Assembly: GCA_951406725.2 (NCBI GenBank)
Contig: OX597821.1
Span: forward strand, 47,988,001 to 48,052,000
Source of the DNA: Octopus vulgaris
Lineage: Eukaryota
Reading direction: 5' to 3'
Length of the DNA: 64,000 bases
The position numbers and the translations under genes were made by a program. The notes beneath the pieces were generated by a model. That model made no database searches, was not told the DNA's origin, and worked only from the letters and a program-made list of their open reading frames with translations. Every line of letters begins with the position of its first letter. Position 1 is the first letter of the stretch. Shown here piece by piece: positions 13,404-26,200 of this stretch.

Positions 13404-13980
13404 TTGAGTGAGAGAGCAGTGCATGCCATCAAAGTGACACTAGGGCAAAATATACAAAGCCCAGTATACCCATCATGACTACCCATCTGATAAGGGTACA
13501 CCAGGCACATGCATCACAACCATATGTGCGTGACAAGGTGCTCTTATATCAAGATAAACAGCGCATGACCTTGCAGGTGGGGCCCAGTTAAAATTTTCTT
13601 CCGGTTGAGTAACTCATTCTGCTCAAAAGGTCCATGAATAAGGATTGTTTAAGGACATTGAACGAACCACCCATGATTCCAAAAGGGAATTATCCAAACC
13701 TCTAAGAATTCCTTTCAACACACAGCTATGATGCTCCCCCACTACTTCTGCTCGCGATCAGAGATGCACATATCGTCAGCTACTAAGGGACATGCTCAAC
13801 TAGTTAATGTCAAACAACTGACAAGCAAATCCTTGGTATTGAGCAGAATATTTGCTGTAGCCCATCTTTTATATCAAGACAAAACAATGTACATGATAAC
13901 ACTTCAAATCAGTTAAGATCAGAAGCCATGAGAGCTACTGTCTGGTACTGCATCAGAGCAGTAGTACTGCATCAGGGCAT
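13404..13980 (-). mobile_element. Unclassified ~575-bp interspersed element embedded in (TAA)n
   Basis: Complex, GC-richer block with sharp boundaries and (TTA)n on both sides; no ORF. Confidence 0.5.
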
Positions 13981-14026
13981 TATTATTATTATCATTATTA
14001 TTATTATTATTATCATTATTACTATG

Positions 14027-14121
<95 letters not shown>

Positions 14122-15349
14122 AATCATTACAAAATTCTTAGGGCACCAAACAAACATACCTTCCAATATTTATTCCAGCTCTTTATATTCTAAGTTGAGA
14201 TCTTGCCAAGATCAACTTTACATTTCATCTTTCTGAAGTGTTGATAACGATAAAATACCATTCAAGTACTGGGTTGATTTAATTGACTACTGATCCCCAA
14301 TCAATTCGAAGTCTTGCTCCTATTCTAGAAGTAATTAATATCATGGATATGAAGAGTATAATCATAAAAGTTTAAGAAAATACAAGTCAAACTCATCTTG
14401 TATTTCATAAAATCTGAAGTGAATTTCACCTGAATTTGACTTCCCCATTTATATTTATGAAGTTGATACAACAAATACCAGTTAGACACTGGGATTTGAT
14501 TTAAAAGCATGGTCATTAATGGCATCAATAGAATGTCTGATAATATTTAATGTTGTCATCACTTGCTCCAGAATTTAAATATTCCAAGGAATGACTTGAT
14601 AGACCATCATTAAAGGGTTGATTGAATAATACAAATAATCTCACAGGGTTAGTTTAAAAGTGGAGAGAAACAACAGATTTTGTGGAGTACAAAACAGATT
14701 GTCTCTTTGTATTTTATTGTGAAGGTCTCAGTCCTGAATAGGTCGTGGATTGATTTCACACGGGCCATAAAATAATTTCTACTAAGGGACTGAGATTGAG
14801 TTAATTAAATCTGCTGCTCTTTAATAAATATATTATCATCATCCTTACCACCACCATTATCACCACCATCGCCACTGCCACCACCACCACCATATTCGTT
14901 TCACCATCACCACAACTACTATATCCAACTCACCAGCATCATAGTTATCTCACTATCACCACCACTGCTTCTGCCACTGCCACCAGTACCTCCCCAAAAC
15001 CACACTGCTTCTGCACCATTTGTAATTTATTATTGATATAGAATGTAGGATACAGATTGTAAAGAGCTTTTTAGAAAGATTAGCAAATGTTCCTCAGATC
15101 AAAAACCTTACTGCATGAAATAACGATGTAAGATATCAGATAATAAAGTTACTGATATACAAAAATATCAGATGGTCCTGCCTGGAATGTTTTTTGATCA
15201 TAAACTGGCTCAGTCAAAGATGACATGGTGTTAAATAACAATAATATGAAACTATTCATAAGTAGCAATTAAGCAGTGAAACGATCAATACTATCCAATC
15301 AATAAACATATTTTAAAATTGCATTTTCAAACCTTCTTTCACATATATG

Positions 15350-15401
<52 letters not shown>

Positions 15402-15417
15402 CATACACACGAGTAAG

Positions 15418-15583
15418 CATATAAATGCAAAACAAGGTGGAAAGAATAGTACTAGAATACCAAAGATAGGGTAATATGCATTTTTATTAAAGCTACAAAA
15501 AGATCACAAAACCTTTTACTCAGTAACAGTAACTGAGTAACAGTTTTTGTGATATTTTTGCAGCTCTAATAAAAATGCATATA
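15418..15583. mobile_element. Small fold-back insert with one-sided extension
   Basis: 15474-15523 is the reverse complement of 15532-15582; ~55 bp extra on the left; TA-rich flanks. Confidence 0.6.
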
Positions 15584-15702
15584 TACAGGGGTTGGACAAA
15601 ATAATAGAAACACCTAGCATCATAATTTTGAAATATCTATAAAACCATCAAAAGCTTGTTTATTTTTACGTTCTTTGATTTATTATTAGTGTTGCTTAAT
15701 AT

Positions 15703-16110
15703 TAGAAATATTAAAATTTCTAAGTCTCTCTAAAGGAGATTACAGCAGCGTTACTGGAAATTAATAGTTATCGCCATACTAATATGGCAGTCTTATAAAT
15801 ATAAGGCTAAAGCTGTCGCTAATTAGCTCCATAAGGCCATCGCCTCAAGCTAGCTATTTGACACACAAACTGCATCCATTATAAACCTTCAAACTACGCT
15901 GCATTGATAAAGGGCAAATACCCTGAAACATGTCTGCAGCTGTCTGACTGGCAGGATGAAGCGGCTGACCTTCCCTGTTCGAAGGTTTATAATGGACGCA
16001 GTTTGTGTGTCAAATAGCTAGCTTGAGGCGATGGCCTCATGGAGCTAATCAGCGACAGCTTTAGTCTTATATTTATAAGACTGCCATATTAGTATGTCGA
16101 TAACTATTAA
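15703..16110 (+). mobile_element. Fold-back Penelope-type insert with a hammerhead-like motif in the loop and a 12-bp TSD
   Basis: gttgcttaatat at 15691-15702 and 16111-16122; 134-bp inverted arms 15761-15894 / 15977-16110. Confidence 0.8.
15898..15940 (+). ncRNA. Minimal type-I hammerhead ribozyme candidate (U3-A8 core variant)
   Basis: GCUGCA-UUGAUAA-AGGG(caaaua)CCCU-GAAAC-AU-GUC-UGCAGC: 6-bp stem I, 4-bp stem II, palindromic ACAUGU stem III, GUC cleavage triplet. Confidence 0.6.
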
Positions 16111-16459
16111 GTTGCTTAATATGTTTTGCTAAAATTGCTGTTTCTTTTCGGATATCATCAGAAAAAGGAAATTAAAATTCATTAAAATGAAAGATTTATC
16201 GAACTTTCAAAGAGGTCAAATTGTTGGTGCTTGTATGGCAGGTGCTAGTGTAATGAAAACAGCCGAAATGTTTGGTGCATCAAGAAGAACTGTCTCGAGA
16301 GTAATGACAGCCTTTGAGAAAGAGGGGAAAAACCTCCTCGTCAAAACAAAACTCTGGAAGATAATCAAAACTTTCAGACTCTTATGTGAATTGTTAGAAA
16401 GGATCACAAAAATACAGCTCCCAAATTTACTACAGAGCTAAATGACCACCTCGAGAACC

Positions 16460-17155
16460 TATATTATCAGGGTCGACAGTGGCAATGGTAGCAGCAGCAG
16501 AGACATGAACAGAACCACCAGCAGCCCCATTGCCAGTGATAACAACAACAGATGTAGCACCACTAACACCCGAGCATGGAGATACATCGGTTGTTCCGGT
16601 AACACATTCAATCAATGCCTCTCCAACCACAGATCCTCCTTCAGGGTACCGGAAAGGAGATATGTTATTGTTTTAGCCAGCCATGAATGGTAGATGATGA
16701 TCGCTGGGATTCCATACACAATATCATGGAGAATCCTAGAAAATCTAGGCCCCTACATAAAAGGGAGAAAACATTGTAGACAGTGCATAGTGGAATGGGC
16801 AAGGATACTAAAGGACTCCCTCGACCCAGGGAACATCTTTAACTCAAGAACAGAGATTTTCGGACTGTGCTTGCATTTCAGGAAATTCCTGCTGGCCTAA
16901 TGGAACCCACAAGATAACAGGATCATTTATGATCGATAGCCAAAGGGAGTTCCATGTTGTTGACATTGAGTACTCCATTTTCTAGATCAGCCACTCACTA
17001 GAGAGAACATAAGCCAACAGGTTTGTGATATGATGATATGCAATCAAGCTAAGCACTTTATGGACGTGAAAACCAGGGCAATCCCATAAACTAACCTTAT
17101 CTAACTTTATTTATATACTATGCTGCTTCTTTTTCGGATTTATGTTTTACCGACT
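16460..17155 (+). pseudogene. Penelope-like element 3' fragment (GIY-YIG endonuclease plus 3' non-coding region)
   Basis: RYIGCSGNTFNQCLSNHRSSF...LASHEW*...YTISWRIL...PY...CRQC..E...FNSRTEIFGLCLH..FLL; one TAG stop at 16691-16693. Confidence 0.8.
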
Positions 17156-17184
17156 ATATATATATATATACTCTTTACTCTTTT

Positions 17185-17430
17185 AATCTTTTACTTGTTT
17201 CAGTCATTTGACTGTGGCCAGGGCTTTTGGTCAAAGAAATTGGCACCAGGACTTATTCTTTGTAAGCCTAGTACTTACTCTATCAATCTCTTTCACCAAA
17301 CTGTTAAATTTTGGGGATATAAACACACCAGCATCGGTTGTCAAGTGATGGTGGGGAGAGAAACAGATACCTAAATATATATATATATACATATACTATA
17401 GGCTTCTTTCAGTTTCCATCTATCAAAACC
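17185..17430 (-). mobile_element. SINE S1 fragment
   Basis: ttttacttgtttcagtcatttgactgtggcca...aggacttattctttgtaagcctagtact. Confidence 0.8.
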
Positions 17431-17489
17431 AGAAGGCTTGTTCAGCATGTATGTATATGTAGTATACATACATATATATACATAAATAT

Positions 17490-18310
17490 ATGTTTCCATC
17501 AGATGTGTCTCAGACGGATCTATGGCATTAAGTGGGAGGACCACATCAGTGATCTTGAGATATTAGAAAGCTCTCGGTGTGAAAGTATAGAAGCTCTTGT
17601 GTTGAAGCAAAGATTCAGATCTAGTGATCATCTGGGCAGGATGAAAGATTCAAGGATGCCAAAACAACTCTTTTATGGAGAGTTAGCTAAAGCGAGAACG
17701 ACCTCCACATAAACCAAAACAGAGGTATAAAGACTTGCTGAAGGCTTCCTTAAGAGAGGCCAGCATCTCTCCTAACACATGGGAGGGCATAGCTATTGAC
17801 TGTAGCAGGTGGAGAAGGATTGTGTATGAGGGGACAGCTACTTTTGAGAAATCTTGAGTTGTACATGAAAAAGTAAGGAGGGACGTCAGGAAGGGCATCG
17901 CTGTTGCACTTCCAGATGGTAATGGTCTTCCTATGACGCTGACATGCAGTGTCTATGCAAAACTCTGCCTCAGTAAAGCTGGACTCAAGAGTCATCTTCA
18001 TAGTCATAAAGTGGGACTGATGATTGACAACCAGGCCGCTAGTGGTGGTGCTACACATCATACTAATCATATCTGTCAGGCATGTGGAAGGGAGTGTAAT
18101 TCAGCAGGAGGACTTAAATGACATGCAAAGGTACATGAAGCCCAATTACAATTACAGCCAGCTGTTGCCAGTAAAAGGTTTTAGCTGCCAATTCTGTATA
18201 AGATATTATAGATCTCAAGCTGGGCTAAAACGTCACATTCAATCACAGCACCATTAACAGTTAAGCCTCGTGCAATGGTCATACTTGATATCAAGGGGGC
18301 AGCCATTATA
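17490..18310 (+). pseudogene. RTE-clade LINE 3' fragment with three C2H2 zinc-finger remnants
   Basis: FHQMCLRRIYGIKWEDHISD...RMKDSRMPKQLFYGEL...RYKDLLK; then CSVY..KAGLKSHLHSH, CQAC..AGGLK*H..H, CQFC..QAGLKRHIQSQH. Confidence 0.8.
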
Positions 18311-19420
18311 TGTAGTATATACATACTTACATACATACATCCATCCATATACTTCATAAAAAATATACATGTAAAGTAAAGGAGCTGATAAAACAAAACA
18401 ATATCAGAGTGTATAATGAGGAGATAGTGTACAGAAAGGCAAAAAAAAAAGTAGAGAAAGGTATAAGATCTTGGTTTATGCCCTTTACTAAAGTAAGTTA
18501 AATGAATTAAGAGAAGTACAAAGAAAGAGACAGAAATAATATCAATTTAAAAAGGACTTCTTACATTGCAAATTTTGCATAAAAAGGTGATTGGGTAATA
18601 GAATGTTGGGGCCAGAGCTGGAGATACAATCATGCCGACATTGAAAGTGGGATGACAAAAGGTAAGAAAGAGGGAGAGCAAGAATACACACACATACATA
18701 TAGATTGAGAGGTAGATACACATATATATATATGTATAAACATATCATTATATCTACAGGTACATATAGGAGTGTGAATGTGTAGGTGTGTTTGTATGTA
18801 TGTCTGTGTGTGTATGCTTGTTTATGTCTGTGTATGCTTTCAATAAGATATTATCAGAATCATTTATGTAAATTTTTTCAGCAAATACATTTGATGATTA
18901 ATATTCAGTTTTCAATTTTTCATTTTTAATTCCATTATTTTATTTAACAATTATACAAGTGACCAAATTTTTATTATTTGTATTATTTTTTTTGCAAAGA
19001 TTATAATAATACCTTTATATTTGTTAATTAATAATGATATAAATGTTTATAATTAGCTTTGCAATATTGATAACTGGTTTCAGAAGTGCATGGGTGGTTG
19101 GGGATGTAGCAAGTCTTAATTTCTGAGGATTATCATTTTTAATTAAATTTAGAAAACAGTATTTGTTTGTCATCTGATAATGTTACTGAAGCATAGACTC
19201 TTGGGTGTTTTTGAAATCCATGTGCAGAATATTAAAATGGATTCAGTTCTATTTCTCTGATCCTCAGCTTCTAATATTTCCATATATGCAGATATGTGTA
19301 TACAGACACACACACACACACACACACATATATGTGATCATTCATATATACAAGCTTAACTATATGCATACAAACTACCTATATACAAATGTATTTGTGT
19401 ATGTGTGTGTACATTCATAT

Positions 19421-19462
<42 letters not shown>

Positions 19463-19826
19463 ACACAAAGCACATTAGCATTTAAATGATATATAAAATT
19501 TATATTCTATTTATTTTCCAACAATTTTGCTGATATATATGTGTGTGGGGGCACGTGTACACACATACATATACACACACATATAGATGGGTGTATATGT
19601 ATGCGTGTACATATAGACACATCCAAACCACTAAGTTTTGAGGATACAAACACGCCAACACTAGTTGTCAAGCTGTGATGGGGAACACACACACACACAT
19701 ATATATGAATATATGTGTTTTTGTATATAGATATGTGTATGTATATGTTTGTATATGTGTGTGTGTGTATGTGTTCGTGTGTGTGTATGTATATCTATGT
19801 ATATATACATGTATATATATATATAT

Positions 19827-20036
19827 AGTTAATCCAAACAAGAAAACACAAAAAATCAAAAAAACACAACAACACGAGGACATGGAACAAATAAAGTATT
19901 ATTGGACGCTCAGGAAAGAAGGGAAGCAGGAGGGTTTAACGTTTCGAGCGGAGCTCTTCGTCGGAAACATAGGAGAAGGAAAGATCCCGAGAAGGGAAGA
20001 CAGAGGAAAAAAAATCGCCAGTAGTACTCACGAGGT

Positions 20037-20040
<4 letters not shown>
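19827..20040 (-). mobile_element. Short (TA)n-embedded element, family B, best-preserved copy
   Basis: Reverse complement closely matches 39624-39826; contains GTTT-CCGACGA-AGAGC(tcc)GCTC-GAAACGTT-AAAC. Confidence 0.7.
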
Positions 20041-20084
<44 letters not shown>

Positions 20085-21539
20085 TATATATTTATCAATA
20101 ATATAGTGATTGTTCCTTATCAGGAACAAAATGTTTAATAGGACTGCTATAGAAGTGCTCAAGTAAATGAGATGAGTATTACAAACTTTGGTTGTAGAAC
20201 AAACAACAAATCTAAGGTCATCCACTTAAAATATCACATTTCGAACATTTAATTACATATAAAGAAACTTAATGCTTTTTCTTATACATAGAATACGGAT
20301 GCATAAAATCACAGATGAAACAATAATCAATTTAGACAAGCATTTAAAAAAAATGTGAGTACTGTCTATTGCAGTTAAATATTAATACTTCAGCATCTAA
20401 AAAATTTTTTTTAACAATATAACACCTAGAATAATAAATATATAAAAATATAAAAATATATAAATATATGAAAATATAAAAATACGTATATATAAGAAAC
20501 ATATAAATATATAAGATATAGATAAAAGTTCATCGATTAAGAATTTTTTTCAATTAAAGTTATATTTAAGATAAGGGTAAACCTATTAAGAAAAACCAGT
20601 GTCCAAGTAAAAAAAAAACCCTATTTACAGTCTCTATGGCCATTTCAGGGGCTCATCAGCATATTTAATGCACGAGGATGCATTACCATAATGACTCCTT
20701 CATCAGGGGAAAATAATAAAACATCACTTACCAAGACGTGACTTTTTTAGAAAAAAACCAATGCAACATTGCATGGTTACTTATTTAAGAGGTCATGCTC
20801 AGACCAGTCCAAATATTCAAAAGTTTTTTTATAAATTATTAATTACGTGTTGATGTAAAGGAGATATTTGGTTACTAAGCCATAAAGAAAAGCAAAAGAA
20901 GGAGAGAGGATGATAAAGAATGAGGGCAGAAACAGGTGTGCTGCCATAGAGGTGATACATGGCTACCCAGCCAGAGGGAAGAATAAGGGAAAGACAGAGA
21001 GAGTGGGAAACAACAAAGGTGCAGGAGAGACATGGTGGTGAAGAGTCAGGGTATACTCACAAGTAACAGGGATCAGAGCATAGATGGGATAGTAGAGTAA
21101 CAATAAGAGAGATAAACAGTGTCAAATGCCAGGGCATGCCCATAAGGCACAGAGGTCATAATATATGCAGCCAGGTATTGCAAAGAAGGTGCGAGTAGGG
21201 AGTGAGGATTGCAGTGACTGGTGAGAATCTGGGTATAAAGATGGGGTAATGGAAAGCAGTGATACAGTGAGCAGGGCAGTTAGGGTAGGGATCAGGAGTG
21301 GGAGATAATCATAGTGTACGAAGAGGTAATGTGAAGAAGAAAACGATGCAGTTTAGAAGAGGAGATGTAGTTTGGTTTCTTGTGGTAGGGTGTGTGAAAA
21401 TTATATTGTTACATGTGGGTGGAATACAGTGCTTCTAGCACTCAATTTTGCTGATGTGGGCAGGTCTTTTCAAGAACCTCATACTGGCAGAAATCTCGGT
21501 CCATTGTCATTTCCTCCATGAGCTCCAACACCCTGAGGT

Positions 21540-21850
21540 CAGTGCTTACCACTTCATTTCATGTCTTCCTGGGTCTCCCTCTTCCATGAGTACTTCTGTA
21601 TACAGCTGTCTTCATTGATACATATCACATGTCCAAGCCAACTTATTCTCCTCTCCTGCATGCCATATTTAATTCGTCTCATGCCCAGATTTTCTCTCAA
21701 CACAGTTGCACTTTGTTATTCATGCACACTGATGTTGTATATTCAAAACAGAATGAAGGTAGTATTCTTCAATCTACGTATTTCCTCTGCATTCAGAGCC
21801 CATGTCTTATTATTATTGAGTATAGTCGTTTGTACACAAACATCATAGAA
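21540..21850 (-). mobile_element. Decayed RTE LINE fragment
   Basis: Similar to 51840-52350 (catgtcttcctgggtctccctcttcc...). Confidence 0.6.
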
Positions 21851-22618
21851 TCTACCTTTCATATATGTATGCATGCATATGTACACCCCCAAATATTGTA
21901 GCCATAGTCATTCAACTTGAAATGCACACAATTCCAAATGTTCACATTCATATTCACACACATATACACATTATCAGCATCACTGTTTAATGTTAATCTT
22001 CCATGTTAGGATGGGTCAGATGGTTCAACAGGAGCTGGCAAGCCAGAGGACTACACCAAGCTCCACTACCTGTTTTGGCATGGTTTTTACAGCTGGATTC
22101 CCTTCCTAACATCAACCACTTTACAGAGTGGGCTGACACTTTTTATGTGGCACTAGTACTGACAAGGTCACCAAGCACCTTTCAAGACAAAGATCCTTTG
22201 AAAGGCATGTATTGGAGGAGATGGCTTAGTGGCAGATGATGAGAGAGGGACAGAAACAGCTGTTTTGGTGTAGAGGAGATACATGGTTTCTCTAGTCAGA
22301 GAGAGGGAGAAAGAGAGGGTGAGTAAGAATGAAAGAGGGTAAGAGAGAGAGAGAGAGAGCAAGCAAAGGTGAGAGGTTGTAAAAGAGAAGGTGGCAATGT
22401 ACCAGGGCATACTATTAAGATACAGGGATCAGAATATAAGTAGGATGGTAGAGCACTGCCAAGGGTGCATGAGTAGGGAGTTCATGCAAATACAAAAAAG
22501 GTGGGAGAGGGATGCAGGACAACATGATAACGATTGAACTTAAAGTGAAAACAATAGAGTCTGAAAAATGAAAGGGAAAACAATAGAGAGTGAGTGAGAT
22601 ATATATATAGAGAGAGAG

Positions 22619-22792
22619 CTAGCTAGTTATACAAATAAGATAGATATAGCTAGATAGATAGATAGACAGATAGATAAGATATAGACAGATAGATATAGAG
22701 AGATACATATAGAGATAGATATAGAGATAGATAGAGAGATATAAATAGAGAGATAGAGAGAGATGGATAGAGAGATATAGATAGATATAGAT
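22619..22792. repeat. (GATA/GA)n microsatellite
   Basis: Direct reading. Confidence 0.85.
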
Positions 22793-23154
22793 GTCACTGA
22801 CGCTAGAAAACTGGGAATAAATATTTTTGAAAACTTTCAAAGATGTGAGTCTAATATAAAAAGCAATACCTTAAATCTTTTTTGTGACCAATGGATGCAA
22901 GGGAGACAATCAATTTCTGAAAGTTACTTCACAAAGAGTTACCTCCCTTCTCCACATAACCCAGGAACGGGCGTTTTCTGCCTCCAGGGAGCCCGTTACT
23001 CAGTATGTGAACATTTTTAAGAACCTAAAACAATCCCTGGAACATAAATAATGTATATTCCCATTTTGGAGAAAATCAGTTGAAAAATACGGCCATTATA
23101 ATCTTTTACACACACAGACAGAATGGGTATTATAAATATATTTATATATATATA

Positions 23155-23460
23155 TTTCGGAGATGTACTCGCATAGCAAGTAATTTGATCTGAGATCGTG
23201 TGCTGAAACGAAAACAATTGCAGCGTGGGAGGTGTTTATAAGCCATTTAAGAAACACACAAAAGCCGTTCGATTCACTACTTTAAGTTAGATGCAGCACG
23301 GACTTTGTCAAAGTCTGCTGCATCTAAGAACTTTCTTAGGTGCGCACGGATTTTAGCGACGAAAATATTTTGACAAATTAAACTTAAATGTTGGAGTGAA
23401 TCGAACGGCTTTTGTGTGTTTCTTAAATGGCTTATAAACACCTCCCACGCTGCAATTGTA
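23155..23460. mobile_element. Fold-back insert, family A copy 2
   Basis: Arms about 23214-23278 / 23395-23459; nested hairpin ttagatgcagc..gctgcatctaa; the ~60-bp extension matches 620-678. Confidence 0.75.
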
Positions 23461-23589
23461 TATATATATATATATATATAATTTAGGTTAGTTGAAATAT
23501 GTTTGTCACATATTTCAACTGCTGAAGACAAACATATTTAAACTAACCTAAATTGTGATTATATGTAAACACTGTTTAGTGCATTTACT

Positions 23590-23638
<49 letters not shown>

Positions 23639-24827
23639 AGTATATATATATTACATTATTGGGCATGAAGATGCTAACATAGTTGCTTAACTATATATAA
23701 TTATACTCCATGTGTTTATATGTTTGGAAAATAAAAACATGTTTTCACCAAAGAAATGTTTGTGCATCATAGTTCAACTGGAACTATATTGGATGTGTTT
23801 GGCATATATCATTTATAAAGCCATATGGTAAAAAAAAAAGGAATCACATGTTGTTTTGAGTCTTTTGTAAAAAAAAATGTTTTTAGTATATTCCTTTTGG
23901 AGTTTTGCAGTTGAAAGGTGTTTTCTTTTTTCTAGCATAGGAAAGAAATCTTATTCAATTATAGGAGAGAACAAACAAGAAAAGAAGTTCACCTGTTAGA
24001 GACAATGTAAGGAAATAAAAACATGTATATATATATGTGTGCGCATATGGGTGTATGTATGACTATGTGTGTGATTGGTGAGTGTATATTTGTACATGTG
24101 TGTTTGCATCAGTTACGTCACAAAATGTCAAGACAAATTTCACAGTCATACAAGCTGTGTCATTCATCTGTAATATTACTTGGAAAGAGGTGATGTTTGG
24201 TGACAGGAAGAGCATCCAGTTGTAGAGTCCCTGTGTCAGTGCATTTTGTATGACTCTTATAAACTTGGAAATATGGATGTTAATATGATGATGATTATGA
24301 TGATGTTGATGATGAGGAAAATAGTGTTGACAATGCAGTGATGATAACAGAAGGGCAGTGGGAGGAGGGTAGTGAAAGAGAGGAAATATGGAAGAGAAGT
24401 TAAGGACAGATGACAAGAAGAGAGGAGAAGATGGAAAGATGAGAGGGGAAAAAACACAGTCGTGAGACAGAGGGAAAGAAAGAGGAAGCAAATCTTTTTC
24501 TTCTTTCATTTTAACCAGCTTTCAGATAGTTACACGAGCAATTAGTTAAGAACTAATTAATGGGCAATTAATTAAAGAGCCATCATGAAACATGATCTTT
24601 CTAATGCTCACAATGATAATTAGGTAGGCATCCTATAAATGAAATGGGTGTTTTTATGTGAGGAGGAACCAGTGGGTCGTAATATCAATTTAAACTATGA
24701 TTCTGTGATTATCATTATTACACGAAAGAAAGGAACCACAAAGAAAGAGGAGATAGAAAAAAAAGAACAAATAAAATAGAAATAAGGAACCAAAACAAAG
24801 TATGGAGGTAAACAAGCCAATTGCTAA

Positions 24828-25320
24828 TGAAGAATTAGAGGTAAGATTTTTAGAAAAAGAGATGATGAGCACCTAAATCAAGAAATAGTGGTAACATTTT
24901 TAAATAAGGTATTTAAGCATCCCTAATACCAAGAGTTACAGGTAAAATGTTTAGAAAACTTACTGAAGCATACCAAAATCAAGAATTAATGCCACAGTAT
25001 TCTGAAAGTTTTTTTAACAATACCAAACTCAAACACTATTTGTAGGAATTTCAGAAAAGTCCTTAGCAGAACCCAAACCAAAAATTAATGATAAAATCTT
25101 TTTTAAAAAGTCCTTAGTAGCAGTGAAGACAAGAATTAGTTGCAAGATCTTTTGAAAAGTTCTTAATTGTATCAAAGCCAAGAAGTAGTGGGATGATAAT
25201 TTCAAAAACTTCTTAAGATCTCCAAAGCCATAAGTTTTGTAATTTTAGAAATGTCCTAAGTAGCCTCAAAGATTAGAATCAGTAATAAAGATTTCAAAAA
25301 ATTCCTAACAGTATCAAATA
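24828..25320. repeat. Degenerate ~50-bp minisatellite, ~10 copies
   Basis: Recurring caagaattag..aagatttttagaaaagtccttag motif at ~50-bp spacing. Confidence 0.6.
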
Positions 25321-25494
25321 TTGATTTGTGAATGATAGTTCTCTTTATCTTAGTTTCCTGTGATGTGTATGTTTATGTATGAATTTCAATGTGCATATGT
25401 ATGTGTATGTACTGCATATGTGTATGTATGTACTGCATATGTGTGCGTATGTACTTCAAAACATTGATCAATAGATTTCAAATGATTTTAAAAC

Positions 25495-25701
25495 CCTTAA
25501 GCAATTTAACCAGCCTGTATCTGACCAAAATATTGTATCTGTTCAAAGCAGTCAGACCCAGCTTCTTACACCCACCCTACAATGTCAATATAAAAATAAA
25601 CTATCACATCATTGAAATCTTGAAGCTGCAAGGTTAATTCAAAACAATGTAAATAAATAAGCATTACATTTGACAGAATAATTTGAACGCTAAAAGGTTA
25701 A
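25495..25701. mobile_element. TTAA-type MITE (piggyBac-like ends)
   Basis: cccttaagca ... aacgctaaaagg|ttaa; related to 57733-57953. Confidence 0.45.
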
Positions 25702-26075
25702 GGTGTTATATTTTGTTGCAGACAGTGGTGCTGGTGCCAATGATGGCAGTGCTGTTGCTATTGTTGTTGTTGTTGTTGTTTTTGCTCTTGTTGTTCTTGG
25801 TGGTAATAATAGTGATGTAGCTGCTCATGTTGTTGTTGGTGGTGATGATGATAGTCATGTTGATGTTGACAGTGCTAGTGTTAATTGATGAAGTAAAAAC
25901 TACAAAAGCTCCCAATCCAACCAAAAATATAACAAGATGTTTATAAACATGGGTGTAAAAATGCTAACATAGTTGTTTAACCATGTATCCTCAGTCACTG
26001 CCATCACCACCTTTGCCAGCACCATACTATACTTCACTGATACCATACCATCACCAACACCTCCCCCTCCCCCCA

Positions 26076-26200
26076 AGCCATACCCTCCCCAAAACCACAC
26101 CATCCCCAAAACCACACCATCCCCAAAACCGCACCATCCCCAAAACCAGACCCCTCTCAAAACCATACCCTCCCTAAAACCATACCCATCCCAAAACAAC
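26076..26200. repeat. 17-bp minisatellite (CCATCCCCAAAACCACA)n
   Basis: About 7 imperfect copies. Confidence 0.8.

Larger units (their letters stand above)
15586..16460 (+). mobile_element. 5' part of a Tc1-like element, interrupted and truncated
   Basis: TA|CAGGGGTTGGACAAAATAAT TIR; ORF at 16187 MKDLSNFQRGQIVG...ASVMKTAEMFGASRRTVSRVM (Tc1 HTH). Confidence 0.85.

Noticed and set aside
15761-16110. A/G-biased arm mismatches as a fossil of A-to-I editing
   Set aside because: Only about 6 differences, two at CpG; ordinary transition bias explains them
16691-16693. Recoded stop (selenocysteine) in the PLE endonuclease
   Set aside because: The stop is TAG, not TGA, and no SECIS was seen; ordinary decay is more likely
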